Shown here: positions 40,616 to 50,148 of the stretch, piece by piece
Layout: the number at the start of each line of letters is the position of its first letter
Numbering within the stretch: the first letter of the stretch is position 1
Source: Myxococcales bacterium
Lineage (GTDB): Bacteria > Desulfobacterota > Binatia > HRBIN30
Direction of reading: 5' to 3'
Assembly: GCA_037445065.1 (NCBI GenBank)
Contig: JBBILD010000005.1
Coordinates: 32,001-96,000, forward strand
DNA length: 64,000 nucleotides
The notes under the pieces: generated by a model
What the model was told of the DNA's origin: nothing
Database searches by the model: none
Seen by the model: the letters and a program-made list of their open reading frames with translations, nothing else
Program-made: the position numbers and the translations under genes

Positions 40616-41995
40616 TCACAAGACAGCCCCCATCTGTTCCAAGAAGGTTGGCAACAAGTCCACCAGCCGTTTCTCTCCCGTGTAACCGGTTACCACCGGA
40701 TCCGGTGCGCGGTACGCGTAGAAGCCGAGCGGGTGGTGATTGGCTCGGTCATAACCCAAATCGTTCTCTCGGCTCCAAAGCATACCGTCGCGAAAGGTGC
40801 CAAAGACGCGGCAGCGCAGCTCGTCTACGTACACAAACAGGTCAGGAGGAAAGCCCGTTACGTCCCGATACCTCTCTTCAGCGCTCCAGGCTTCTACGGC
40901 CAGGAGGTTTCCCTCGTCGTCGCGCAAAGTTGTCTGCAAGCCGCTCACAATTTCCCGCCGCAAGCGCGACAGATCTGCAGGATTTAGCCATCCGTCCGGC
41001 TCGCGCCCTCGCACGTTAAAGTACAGCCGACCGACATACCCTCCCTCCGCCCAGGCCACAGTGTGGCGCCAATCCACCGCGTTCGGATGCAATCCCGACC
41101 CTGGCTCAGGTGCCTCGCGCAAGCGCAGGTAGCCGTAACGAACCAACCATTCGTTCAAGAATACCCCACCGCGAAGCGGCTGCGCGCCGTGATCGGATAC
41201 GAGCCACAGATGAAAGTCTTCACCCAGCGTGTCCAACAGTAAGCCGAGTTCTTCATCGAGAAAGTGGTAAAAATCGCGGACCACCGAGCCACAATCAGCC
41301 TGTGCTCCGTCGCTGCCCACCCCCCAGAACATGTGATGCAGGCGGTCGGTCGCGATCTCGACCATCGCCACGACATCGAAACGACCCTGGGCTACAAGAT
41401 CCCGCGCGACCCGAAATCGAGCTTCGGTCATTTGTCGCAGCCACACCAGCCCCTGTTCTGGATCGCAGCGGCGAAAGTCGGGCAAATCAAACTGATAACT
41501 CGGAGCCAACGCGCGGATGCGCTCGCCTAGCTCCGGAGGATTCGTGAACGCTGCCGCTTGCGGCGGCGTAAGAAAGCAGCTCACCGCACAGCCGCGAACC
41601 GGCGGGGGCGGGTAGGAGGGAGGAATAGCGAGAAGCAGGCTCTCAGCACCCCGTTGTGCAGCGTGGTGCCACAGCATCGCTGGGGGCAACAGTTGCGAAT
41701 GCACGAGGCGCTGCTGCGCTGGGTGCGAACCAAACCGGTAGCGGAAACCATAGAGCCCCAGTTCCCCTGGGTCTTTGCCGCTGAACAAGCACGCCCATGC
41801 GGGAACAGTGATCGGGGGATCGCAGCTGCGCAGCTCCCCGAACGTGGCGCTCTGAAACACGCGGGCGAGGTTGGGAAACTCGTCGCGAGACCGAAGCAAC
41901 CATGGCCCCGGGGTTCCATCCAGGCCGATGATTACCAGCGGGCGTTTTTTCCTTGCCCCGCAGGCGGCCGAACCGGGCCGCCAGCCATCACTCAC
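40616..41995 (-). CDS. Alkaline-phosphatase superfamily protein (nucleotide pyrophosphatase/phosphodiesterase type)
   Basis: IIGLDG, PPITVPAW (Thr nucleophile), TDRLHH, SDHG and NHHPLG. Confidence 0.85.
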   Translation of the reverse strand: MSDGWRPGSAACGARKKRPLVIIGLDGTPGPWLLRSRDEFPNLARVFQSATFGELRSCDPPITVPAWACLFSGKDPGELGLYGFRYRFGSHPAQQRLVHSQLLPPAMLWHHAAQRGAESLLLAIPPSYPPPPVRGCAVSCFLTPPQAAAFTNPPELGERIRALAPSYQFDLPDFRRCDPEQGLVWLRQMTEARFRVARDLVAQGRFDVVAMVEIATDRLHHMFWGVGSDGAQADCGSVVRDFYHFLDEELGLLLDTLGEDFHLWLVSDHGAQPLRGGVFLNEWLVRYGYLRLREAPEPGSGLHPNAVDWRHTVAWAEGGYVGRLYFNVRGREPDGWLNPADLSRLRREIVSGLQTTLRDDEGNLLAVEAWSAEERYRDVTGFPPDLFVYVDELRCRVFGTFRDGMLWSRENDLGYDRANHHPLGFYAYRAPDPVVTGYTGEKRLVDLLPTFLEQMGAVL

Positions 41996-43257
41996 AACTT
42001 GCACAGCCAGGTCCAGAATTCCTTGTTGTACCGGTCTGGATTCCTCGCCAAGCGCACGCGGAACGAGAGTACCAAATCGTCCCAGATGCCCCCGAGCGCC
42101 ACTCCCTGGTAGACGAGCGTAGCGGGCCATTTGAGGCGCAGGTTCCACTGATTCGGCACACCGCGGTAGACCCAGTCCTTGTCGCGGGTAAAGTCCACAA
42201 CCCAGTCCCCACCATGAGGCCCATCCACAACCCACCAAGTTACGATGTTCACCCGTTTGGCAATGCTCGGGTCTGCGCTCAGCAACTCGGTAAAATAATT
42301 GTGAAACCGGTCGTACAGGTCGGCCGGCGCAGCGGGCTCAGCAGCGTAACGCTCCCGAATTTCCGACTCGTGTTGGGCGCTGAGTCGCTCGATCATCTCC
42401 ATGCGCCGGCTCCAATCCGGCGCGGGCTTGTACCGGCGAAGCGTCCCGTCAGGCTGCCAAACGTCACCTGGATTCATTTGCAAGCCCTGAACCTCGGGCG
42501 CCTGAACGGCAAGCCGTTCGATCGCCTCGGCAGGCGTGTTTACGTAATTTGGTGTGTTGAGAAACAGTTGCTCGGGGGCCAGCAAAGCGTAATTGCCGGC
42601 GGCAGGCACAGCCTGTTTGGCGCGCAACAAGCGCGCCCACGAAACAAATTCGTCCAAGTGGGCTTCTTTCGAGGCCAACCATCGCTCGATTTTGGAAGCA
42701 AGAGGAAACTCGAAGCAACCTGGGTACTGCGAAGCTCCAGTGAAAGTGAGAAAGGCGAGGTCAATGTTTTCCTCGCGGCCCAATCGCTCCAGGGTTGCGT
42801 CGTCCAAGTGGCAGTCGTTGACATTGAGGACGGTGTTGTCACGGTCCTTGACCAAAATGGCACTGTCGTCCCAAGGCCGGTCCGGCGGGATGAGCCGCAC
42901 AGTTAGGCCGCTGCCGTTGAGAGGAAATGTCTCGCCAAAAGGGAGTTCCCGAATCTTGGTGAAGCCCAGGTCGCGAATGCGTTGGGCAAAACGGCGCCGC
43001 CGGTACTGGGCAATGAGTATGGTGGCCGACTTGTCGAGCTGAGCAAGTGTCTGCGGATCGAAGTGGTCGGCGTGTTCGTGGGAAATGTAAATGTAATCGA
43101 TTTTGCCCAGGTCTTTGGGCCCAATCTCCAGCGGCGGGAAGTGCCACCACGCGTTGTGGTACGCCGGGTCGGTTAGCCACGGGTCCATCAGAATCCGAGT
43201 TCCACCCGACTCCATGATCATGCAAGCATGTCCGATGTACGTGACCGAAATTGCCAT
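41992..43257 (-). CDS. MBL-fold metalloenzyme resembling NamH/CMAH hydroxylase domains, without a Rieske domain
   Basis: GHAC, DPWL...AYHNAWWHFP, SHEHADH, DSAIL, NVNDC and FTGASQYP. Confidence 0.75.
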   Translation of the reverse strand: MAISVTYIGHACMIMESGGTRILMDPWLTDPAYHNAWWHFPPLEIGPKDLGKIDYIYISHEHADHFDPQTLAQLDKSATILIAQYRRRRFAQRIRDLGFTKIRELPFGETFPLNGSGLTVRLIPPDRPWDDSAILVKDRDNTVLNVNDCHLDDATLERLGREENIDLAFLTFTGASQYPGCFEFPLASKIERWLASKEAHLDEFVSWARLLRAKQAVPAAGNYALLAPEQLFLNTPNYVNTPAEAIERLAVQAPEVQGLQMNPGDVWQPDGTLRRYKPAPDWSRRMEMIERLSAQHESEIRERYAAEPAAPADLYDRFHNYFTELLSADPSIAKRVNIVTWWVVDGPHGGDWVVDFTRDKDWVYRGVPNQWNLRLKWPATLVYQGVALGGIWDDLVLSFRVRLARNPDRYNKEFWTWLCKL

Positions 43258-43266
43258 TGCTCCTCC

Positions 43267-44427
43267 TTACGCCGCCGCTGTCTGAAGTGTTTTGTGAACC
43301 CCCCGGCGCGCAGCCCAGTCGCAGTAAATCTCCTCCATCTTCTTCACCATCGCGTGCGCGGAAAATTTTTTCTCGACCACCTCCCGACCCAGCCGCCCCA
43401 TTTCCCGCCCGCGGTCGGGCCGGTCCAAAATCGCTTCGATGCCTCGCGCGAGCTTTGCCGAGTCCTTGGGAGGAACCAGCAACCCCGTGCTGCCCGCCAC
43501 GACAACCTCACCAGTGCCCCCTACGTCAGTTGCCACCACCGGCAACTCCATCGCCATGGCTTCGAGTAAAGCATTGGACATGCCCTCGTCGTGCGAGGAG
43601 AGCACGTACACATCGAAGGCCGACAAAACCTCAGGCATGTCCCGTCTGCGGCCGGTCAAGGTCACGTGTCCCTTGAGTCCCAAGTCGCGAATGCAGGTTT
43701 CCAGCTCGCCGCTTTCCGACACCTCGCCCACAATCATTCCGTGGACTTGCGGCCAGTGCTGGCGAACTGCCGCAATTGCCTCCAAGAATTCGACCACACC
43801 CTTCCGAATTCGCTGGCGGGTCACCGTCCCAATCACAATCCGATCGGCCCCGACCCCGAGGCGGGTCTTGTAATCCCCCGCAGGTAAGGGCCGAAACCGT
43901 CGCGTATCGATCCCGCTCGGGACAACGAACATCTTCTCCTTCGGGCACCCTTCGTGCTCATGAACAAAGTCGCGCACGGCCTCCGCATTCACCATCACCT
44001 GGTCTGCGAGGGCATTGGCAATTCTTGCCGCAAGCAACTCCGATCCGTGCAGCTCATGGCAACCGCGCGTACTGCAAAATACTACCGGTACCCGTGCCAA
44101 ACGCGCGGAAAGGGCGCCCACAAAGTTCGCGCGCAACAAGTATGCGTGAACCAGGTCGGGCTGCAGGCGGCGTAGCAGGACACTCGTGCCCGCCACTCGC
44201 CTTGCCAAACCGAAGCCTCGGAAACCGGCCCCCTTTGCAGGCGAGTAAATGGGCACGTCGAGCGCACGGACGTCTTCGAGCAGCGCGCCGCGACCACTCA
44301 GGCAGAGGAGCATCGGCTCGAAGCGCTGGCGATCGAGCAAGCGGAGTACTTGACACAAGTGGGTTTGGCTTCCACCCACCACCATCTCGTTAATGACGAA
44401 GGCGATCCGAAGCCGACCTGTGCTCAT
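43267..44427 (-). CDS. GT4 glycosyltransferase
   Basis: GGSQ, PSGID and EGMSNALLEAMAM. Confidence 0.92.
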   Translation of the reverse strand: MSTGRLRIAFVINEMVVGGSQTHLCQVLRLLDRQRFEPMLLCLSGRGALLEDVRALDVPIYSPAKGAGFRGFGLARRVAGTSVLLRRLQPDLVHAYLLRANFVGALSARLARVPVVFCSTRGCHELHGSELLAARIANALADQVMVNAEAVRDFVHEHEGCPKEKMFVVPSGIDTRRFRPLPAGDYKTRLGVGADRIVIGTVTRQRIRKGVVEFLEAIAAVRQHWPQVHGMIVGEVSESGELETCIRDLGLKGHVTLTGRRRDMPEVLSAFDVYVLSSHDEGMSNALLEAMAMELPVVATDVGGTGEVVVAGSTGLLVPPKDSAKLARGIEAILDRPDRGREMGRLGREVVEKKFSAHAMVKKMEEIYCDWAARRGVHKTLQTAAA

Positions 44428-44442
44428 CCCCACCGCTTCCCT

Positions 44443-47400
44443 TCAGAATGGCAACTGATGATAGCCCAGATCGACAGCACCCAGATCGGGCGTGCCGTTT
44501 GCCAGACTCGACCGCCCCCAAAGACCCAACTCCAACAACCCTCCGACACCCGCATCAACAGCCGGACTGCCTGGCAGCAACAGGTAGGCGACGCGAGCAG
44601 CGCAACCGACATCTCCCCACACGCATACAAATTGCGGCTCCGCCGAGATATCGAGTGGCAAGGTTTCCGCCTGACGCGAATAACCATCTGCGTTCAGGTT
44701 GGCTCCCCAAGGAACGAGGCGGCGACTACCCGCGAACAGAAACACTCCGGCGCCGTTGCGGGCCATGATATTGTTTGAAATCCGTAAGGACACAGCGGCT
44801 CGGTTCCGATCGACCGCTTGCACTGCACCTGCCCCGTTATCGGCAATCGTGTTGTTCAACAGTCGTATTAAAGAACCGCGGCGCCGAGCAGTCACGCGAA
44901 CTCCCCAGCCAGCGATGCCGCAAATCCGATTATTGATCAAGTCGGTGCGCTCGGCAGCGGAGACAATACCGTCGCCGGCTCCCGTGCAGACGGTACTGTC
45001 ACGCAGAGTAAAGCGGCGCGCTGCGGCGAGAACTCGGACCGCGGCCCTGTCGCTGTTCCGTAACTCCAAACCCTGCAGCGTGGCAGGTCCGAGGATCGTC
45101 AACCCTGGTGTGCCTCCGAAGTCGAACACCACAGCCCCGGCCGGCTGGGAGGTCAAGGCGCCACTCCGGTCACCGTAGATCAGCCACTCCGTCGCCGGAC
45201 TTCTAGCCCCACCGATGCGAAGAGACCCGACTCGATACGTCCCGGGTGCAATGACGGCCAACGATCTCCCCGAACCCCGCTCCAAGGCCGCAGCCAGGCT
45301 TCGGAAGGCGGAGGTGGGCGATCGCCCATCATTGCGGTCGTCGCCATCTGAGCGTACGAAGACTACCGTATCAGGTGGGATCGGATCCGAGCCAACGGGG
45401 TAGTGAAAGCCCGCATCAATCGCCCCCAAATCCGGAAAGCCCATCTCCGATGTGGTTCCAGCTGCCATCGCGTGTGCCTCGCCAGGGTCGAGATCCACGG
45501 CCGGGCTGACCACCTTAGCGGGCAGTTGTTGCAGCCGAAAATTGTCATCGGCAAATCCCGTGCTTCCCAAGACGGCGTCTTCTCCGGCTGGGTTCACGAA
45601 TAATGGATCGGCAACCAGATCCGAAGCGGAACGCGGCGTCGAGGCCGCGAAAGGAGTGGGACCGAACACCACGTTGAACCGGCTCACGTAGCCCGTCAGA
45701 GAGTTCGTTTCGACTTTGATTTGTGTTTGATTGGCGGCCACAATGTTTCTCTCGACCACTGTATCCGGAGCCGCACCATCAGCGCTGTTGACTCCCACCA
45801 GAATCCCGATGGCACCGTTTCCATACACCGTGTTGTTGGTCACCGTGGAGCCACGGCTCGCCTGCAACTGGATGCCTCCGGTGCCGTTCGCGTACACAAG
45901 GTTGTTCCGAATGGTCACGCTGTTGGCACCGTTGACCTCGATGCCTCGGCGCTCGTTCGAGAACACAACGTTATCAGCCACCAGCGCTCCGTCGGCGCCA
46001 GCGCGTATTTGAATCGCTGCGGTGCGCGCCCCGGTGACCGCGAAACCGCGCAGAGTCACCGGGCCGCCATTCACGATCACGAACCCCGTATCGAAGCCAC
46101 CCGCATCGATGAGAACCGGTCCGGGCGGATCACCAGTAAGCTCGCCTGTTGGATCTGCCACGAACGCCACGCGCCCACTAAAGTTTTTGATTCGGATATC
46201 CCCCTCACGGTACCGTCCCGGACCGACCACTATGGTCGTTCCCGCCACCGCGCGCTCGGTCAAGCTCCGGAGCGAAGCCACGGCGCTCTCCGGTGTGCGG
46301 CCATCCGCCGTGGCCGAACCCACCTCACGAACGAAGAGCGGCATGAAGGGGATGTTCAACCGAGCCTGTTGGCTGTCCGCCCCCCCGTAGTGAAAGCCCA
46401 CATCCACTCGACCGGTATCCAGCGTCCCGTCGGCCGAAGTGGACCCACCAATGCCAATAACCTCTGCATCGTCAGACCCCGCGTCCACGCCCGGACTGTC
46501 GGAGGGATGCCCGCTGCGGCGCTGCTGCAAGTGGAAATCGTCGTCGGCAAAGCCCAGGCCGCCCAGGATCCCATCAGGCCCTGCAGGGGAGACAAACAAT
46601 GGCTGCTCGAGGAGATCGAAGTCGTTGCGGCGAGTCTCCATCACATAGCCGTCCGGGTTCACGTTGAAGCCAGCAACGAAGTTGTCCATGGCTGAACGGG
46701 CTACTGCCATACCACCACCTACGTTTCCGGCGAAGATGTTGTTGAGGACCATGCCTCCTTCGATGCGGCCGGCCTCCGGCCCGTCGATCCGCAACCCGCG
46801 CAACTGGTTTGCATATACCGTGTTGAAGCTCACGACCGTGCGCACGCTCCATTCGCCACCGCTGCCGACTTCGATGCCCTCCCCTGCGTTGCCGTAAATC
46901 AAGTTGTTCCACACACGCACATCTTCGGTGGCACGCAATACAATTCCAGACTGGCCGTTACTCAGCACGCGGTTGTTTCCAACCTCTCCGCCACGCAGAG
47001 AGCGCAGAAACACACCGCTCGCGCCTGCCGATCGAACAATGTTCCGCTGCACAAACGCCGGCGTCGAGCCTGTACCTTCGATGACAATACCGCCTCCCAG
47101 ACCGCTTTCATGAACCTCGTTTTCCGCCACCGTGACGGTGCCTGAGGAAAACACTCGAACGCCGCCTTTCCCTGCACGCTCGATGCGGTTGCGCCGCACC
47201 CGCACCGAGCGAGTCGTGCGATCCGTCGCTGTCCTGACGGCGATGCCATACCCTTGCGGCAAGGAACGCAAGATTGACTTGCGCACCTCCGCCCGGGCGA
47301 CACTCCGGACAATAATGGCATCGTTCTGACTCACGTTGCTGATCTCGTTGCCGACGAGTCGCGCAGCTAGCGCGCTGCTCAGCACGATTCCTCCGGCAGG

Positions 47401-48756
47401 AAAATCGCTCACCCGGTTGCCCAGAAGGCGGAACAGACTGCGATCTGGGTTCCCTTCCACGGAGATGCCGACAGAGGAAGTCCCGCCGCTGACTCGGTTT
47501 CCAATCAGCGAGACCTCTTCCACGTCAACGATCCGCACTCCCGTGCCTCGTGTGGCGTTCACCTCATTGGCACGCACAACACTCCTGCCAGCATTCTCGA
47601 TCCGGATCCCGTTCGACCCGCAGGTGGCGATCCTGCTCGTTTGCAGGACAACGCTCGGCATCCCGGTCACAGCTAAGCAATCCGCCGCAGCGTCGCGAAT
47701 CTCATTCCCCTCCATCTCAACTCCGGCGAAACTTCCAACGTTAACGCCCCTTACGACCAAGCCAGCTGCAGCGGAGCGCTGCACCGAGTTCCCTTTGACC
47801 GTCACCCCGCCGGCAGCGCTCACCAGGATCCCGCTTTTGCCGTTGTCGGCGACCGTGTTGCCTTCTAAGCGCACATCGGTCACCAAGTCCTGGACCTGGG
47901 TCGGGTCCGGAGGGCCAATCTGAAGCCCCTCCTCGCGGTTCCTGGACAATTCAGACTTCAGGATGCTCACCTGCCGCGCCGCACGCACTCGCACTCCCTG
48001 GCCGCTACTCCCCACGACGCGACTGTCCTCCAACGACAACCTCTGCACTCCGGTCACCGCGACCCCCTGCGCCCCGCTTCCCTCCACACGGGAACCTAAG
48101 AATGTAACGGCGGTGTTCTCCCCATCGCCTTGCACGTTGATTCCCGTGCTCCCACTCCCCGAGACTGTGCAGCGTGCAATGGTCACCGCGCCACCGGCCG
48201 TGACGTCGAGGCCGCGTTTGGGTGCCTGCGCAACCGTTAACTCGAATAAGCCGATATCGCTGCTCGGCACCCCGTCACGGTCACTTCGCACTTGGACCGC
48301 AGCGTCACTGCCGCCGCGAATCTCGAAACCTCGGATCTCCACAAAACGTTTTCCCAACAACAAAAAGCCAGCGGCGTGCTCGGGCTGAGGGATGAGGCGC
48401 ACAGGGCCCGCAGAGTCGCCGGTGCGGGCGCCGCTTGTATCCGCCACGAACACCACCGGCCTGCCCGCAATTCCGCTGCGCGCCGGCGCGACGTCTCCTT
48501 CGAAGTACTCACCGGGACCGACCACCACGGTGTCGCCCGGGTTCTGCACCCGCTGGGCAGCAACACGAATGGAGCGCACCGCGGTTGCCGGACTCAAACC
48601 GTCCTGCTCATCATTGCCCGAGCTGCGCACATAGAACGTGGCCGCCGACGCACTGCCCGCCAGCAGGCAAACGACCAGCAAAGCGACGAGGCCGAGTAAC
48701 CTTCGCGTACGCCGGACCCCTTTTCCTGCCCGCCCACTCGTTCGCGAACGGTGCAA
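44443..48756 (-). CDS. Large secreted right-handed parallel beta-helix (pectin-lyase-like) protein with three tandem modules
   Basis: TTG start after AGGA, signal peptide ending ASA, many GI/N-x-I-x-x-N repeats, and triplicated N-cap (xxVRxxG..DGxxP) and C-cap (DxGxxDxGFHY) motifs. Confidence 0.85.
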   Translation of the reverse strand: MHRSRTSGRAGKGVRRTRRLLGLVALLVVCLLAGSASAATFYVRSSGNDEQDGLSPATAVRSIRVAAQRVQNPGDTVVVGPGEYFEGDVAPARSGIAGRPVVFVADTSGARTGDSAGPVRLIPQPEHAAGFLLLGKRFVEIRGFEIRGGSDAAVQVRSDRDGVPSSDIGLFELTVAQAPKRGLDVTAGGAVTIARCTVSGSGSTGINVQGDGENTAVTFLGSRVEGSGAQGVAVTGVQRLSLEDSRVVGSSGQGVRVRAARQVSILKSELSRNREEGLQIGPPDPTQVQDLVTDVRLEGNTVADNGKSGILVSAAGGVTVKGNSVQRSAAAGLVVRGVNVGSFAGVEMEGNEIRDAAADCLAVTGMPSVVLQTSRIATCGSNGIRIENAGRSVVRANEVNATRGTGVRIVDVEEVSLIGNRVSGGTSSVGISVEGNPDRSLFRLLGNRVSDFPAGGIVLSSALAARLVGNEISNVSQNDAIIVRSVARAEVRKSILRSLPQGYGIAVRTATDRTTRSVRVRRNRIERAGKGGVRVFSSGTVTVAENEVHESGLGGGIVIEGTGSTPAFVQRNIVRSAGASGVFLRSLRGGEVGNNRVLSNGQSGIVLRATEDVRVWNNLIYGNAGEGIEVGSGGEWSVRTVVSFNTVYANQLRGLRIDGPEAGRIEGGMVLNNIFAGNVGGGMAVARSAMDNFVAGFNVNPDGYVMETRRNDFDLLEQPLFVSPAGPDGILGGLGFADDDFHLQQRRSGHPSDSPGVDAGSDDAEVIGIGGSTSADGTLDTGRVDVGFHYGGADSQQARLNIPFMPLFVREVGSATADGRTPESAVASLRSLTERAVAGTTIVVGPGRYREGDIRIKNFSGRVAFVADPTGELTGDPPGPVLIDAGGFDTGFVIVNGGPVTLRGFAVTGARTAAIQIRAGADGALVADNVVFSNERRGIEVNGANSVTIRNNLVYANGTGGIQLQASRGSTVTNNTVYGNGAIGILVGVNSADGAAPDTVVERNIVAANQTQIKVETNSLTGYVSRFNVVFGPTPFAASTPRSASDLVADPLFVNPAGEDAVLGSTGFADDNFRLQQLPAKVVSPAVDLDPGEAHAMAAGTTSEMGFPDLGAIDAGFHYPVGSDPIPPDTVVFVRSDGDDRNDGRSPTSAFRSLAAALERGSGRSLAVIAPGTYRVGSLRIGGARSPATEWLIYGDRSGALTSQPAGAVVFDFGGTPGLTILGPATLQGLELRNSDRAAVRVLAAARRFTLRDSTVCTGAGDGIVSAAERTDLINNRICGIAGWGVRVTARRRGSLIRLLNNTIADNGAGAVQAVDRNRAAVSLRISNNIMARNGAGVFLFAGSRRLVPWGANLNADGYSRQAETLPLDISAEPQFVCVWGDVGCAARVAYLLLPGSPAVDAGVGGLLELGLWGRSSLANGTPDLGAVDLGYHQLPF

Positions 48757-48764
48757 GAAACATC

Positions 48765-48944
48765 CTAAAACAAAGTGTAAATGAACGGGCCCAGAGCAGA
48801 GCTGTGCGCGGTGATCAACAACCCGCCAAAAGCGAGCAACACGACCACCATGGGAATCAGCCACCAAAGCTTTCGTTCCCAAAGAAAGCCAATGAGTTCC
48901 CCAGCGATTCCGAGCCGGCTTCTCAAACCCTCAGTCACCCTCAT
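48765..48944 (-). CDS. DUF5989/SxtK-like small membrane protein
   Basis: 59 aa; FLWERKLWWLIP...GPFIYTLF, the typical partner of carbamoyltransferases. Confidence 0.85.
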   Translation of the reverse strand: MRVTEGLRSRLGIAGELIGFLWERKLWWLIPMVVVLLAFGGLLITAHSSALGPFIYTLF

Positions 48945-48960
48945 GCCGCATTTCTCCTTC

Positions 48961-50148
48961 TTACATGCTCGCGGAATTTGCAAGAACGAAACGGGAAATT
49001 GCCTCCGCGGCGACAGCGTGCCCAGCGGCCGTGAAGTGCCCATCGTACGGAAAGTGCAAGGGATCACCTGAACGGGCATGTGCCTCACGAAATGAGGAGA
49101 GCAGCTCCAAGCAAGGCACTGCCGCCCGCCCGCACCATTCGAGGACCGCTTGCTGCGGCGCTTCCAGCGCCCATGGCCGCCCCTTCATCGAGGGATAGGT
49201 CTCCAGGATGCGCATCCAAGAGGTGGGATCCGTTTGCTCGCGACCGGGAATCACAACCACCGCGAAGCGACTGCCGCGCGCCACACTCTCCCGGTAGAAA
49301 GCATTGAGCAGCCGTTCTGTCCGCCCCCATGCGTCGCTCCACGGCTCGGACCACGGGGAAGCATATACGTCGTAATCCGCTGGATATGGCTGTCTCTCCA
49401 TTTTGGCCTGGTGGCCATTTCGGGGGACAATTCCAAGCCGGGCCAGCCACTCATTTCCGTTCGGGTGCGCCTGAACCAACCGTTGCCGCAAATAGGCGAG
49501 TAAGCGAAAGCGATCCGACCAGGACGTTCCGACCCGCGGCGGTTTGGCCGACACGACGCGTCGTAGATCTCCGCGCTCGTCGTACTCTGGGCGCAGAGTG
49601 TCCTCGAGCAGCGGGCTGTTGTTCTTGATGTCATTGCCAGGATAAAAGCTCAGAAGCACCCAATCGGGAGCGTATCGAAAGCCTTCTTCTCGAAACCACA
49701 GGTACTCGCTTGCGGTGCCCCACCCGCTCACGCCGGCGCACACCACCTCGAAGCGCGCTGCGCCATCCCGATCAGCACCGCCTTGGCCGTTCAGCAGCGC
49801 CTCCAAGCGCCGGCAAAACGTCTGTTCGAGTGGGACATGCATTGCTTCGACAAACGAGTCCCCGATCACCAGTACGCGCTGCACGCCGGGAGGCTTCTCC
49901 CAATCTCGCTCGACGTCCCGCCAGCCGCGCGAGTTGATCTGCACAGGCACAACAAACTCGCGCTCTTCTTGAGTCCACCACCCCCGCTTGCCTGGTACTA
50001 AACGCGCTCCAAGCAACGGGTCCGGCCGCCAAAACCGATCCGGCACCAGATGCAGGGTGCGGACCGCGATCTCCAGCATCGCTGTTGCAAGGAGCAGTCC
50101 CAACGCAACAGCAAGCAAGGCGAAGGCAAGATCGCGCAGGCGACTCAC
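48961..50148 (-). CDS. SGNH/GDSL hydrolase-family protein with N-terminal membrane anchor
   Basis: Block I GDS, GVSGWG, GND and block V DGHF. Confidence 0.88.
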   Translation of the reverse strand: MSRLRDLAFALLAVALGLLLATAMLEIAVRTLHLVPDRFWRPDPLLGARLVPGKRGWWTQEEREFVVPVQINSRGWRDVERDWEKPPGVQRVLVIGDSFVEAMHVPLEQTFCRRLEALLNGQGGADRDGAARFEVVCAGVSGWGTASEYLWFREEGFRYAPDWVLLSFYPGNDIKNNSPLLEDTLRPEYDERGDLRRVVSAKPPRVGTSWSDRFRLLAYLRQRLVQAHPNGNEWLARLGIVPRNGHQAKMERQPYPADYDVYASPWSEPWSDAWGRTERLLNAFYRESVARGSRFAVVVIPGREQTDPTSWMRILETYPSMKGRPWALEAPQQAVLEWCGRAAVPCLELLSSFREAHARSGDPLHFPYDGHFTAAGHAVAAEAISRFVLANSASM

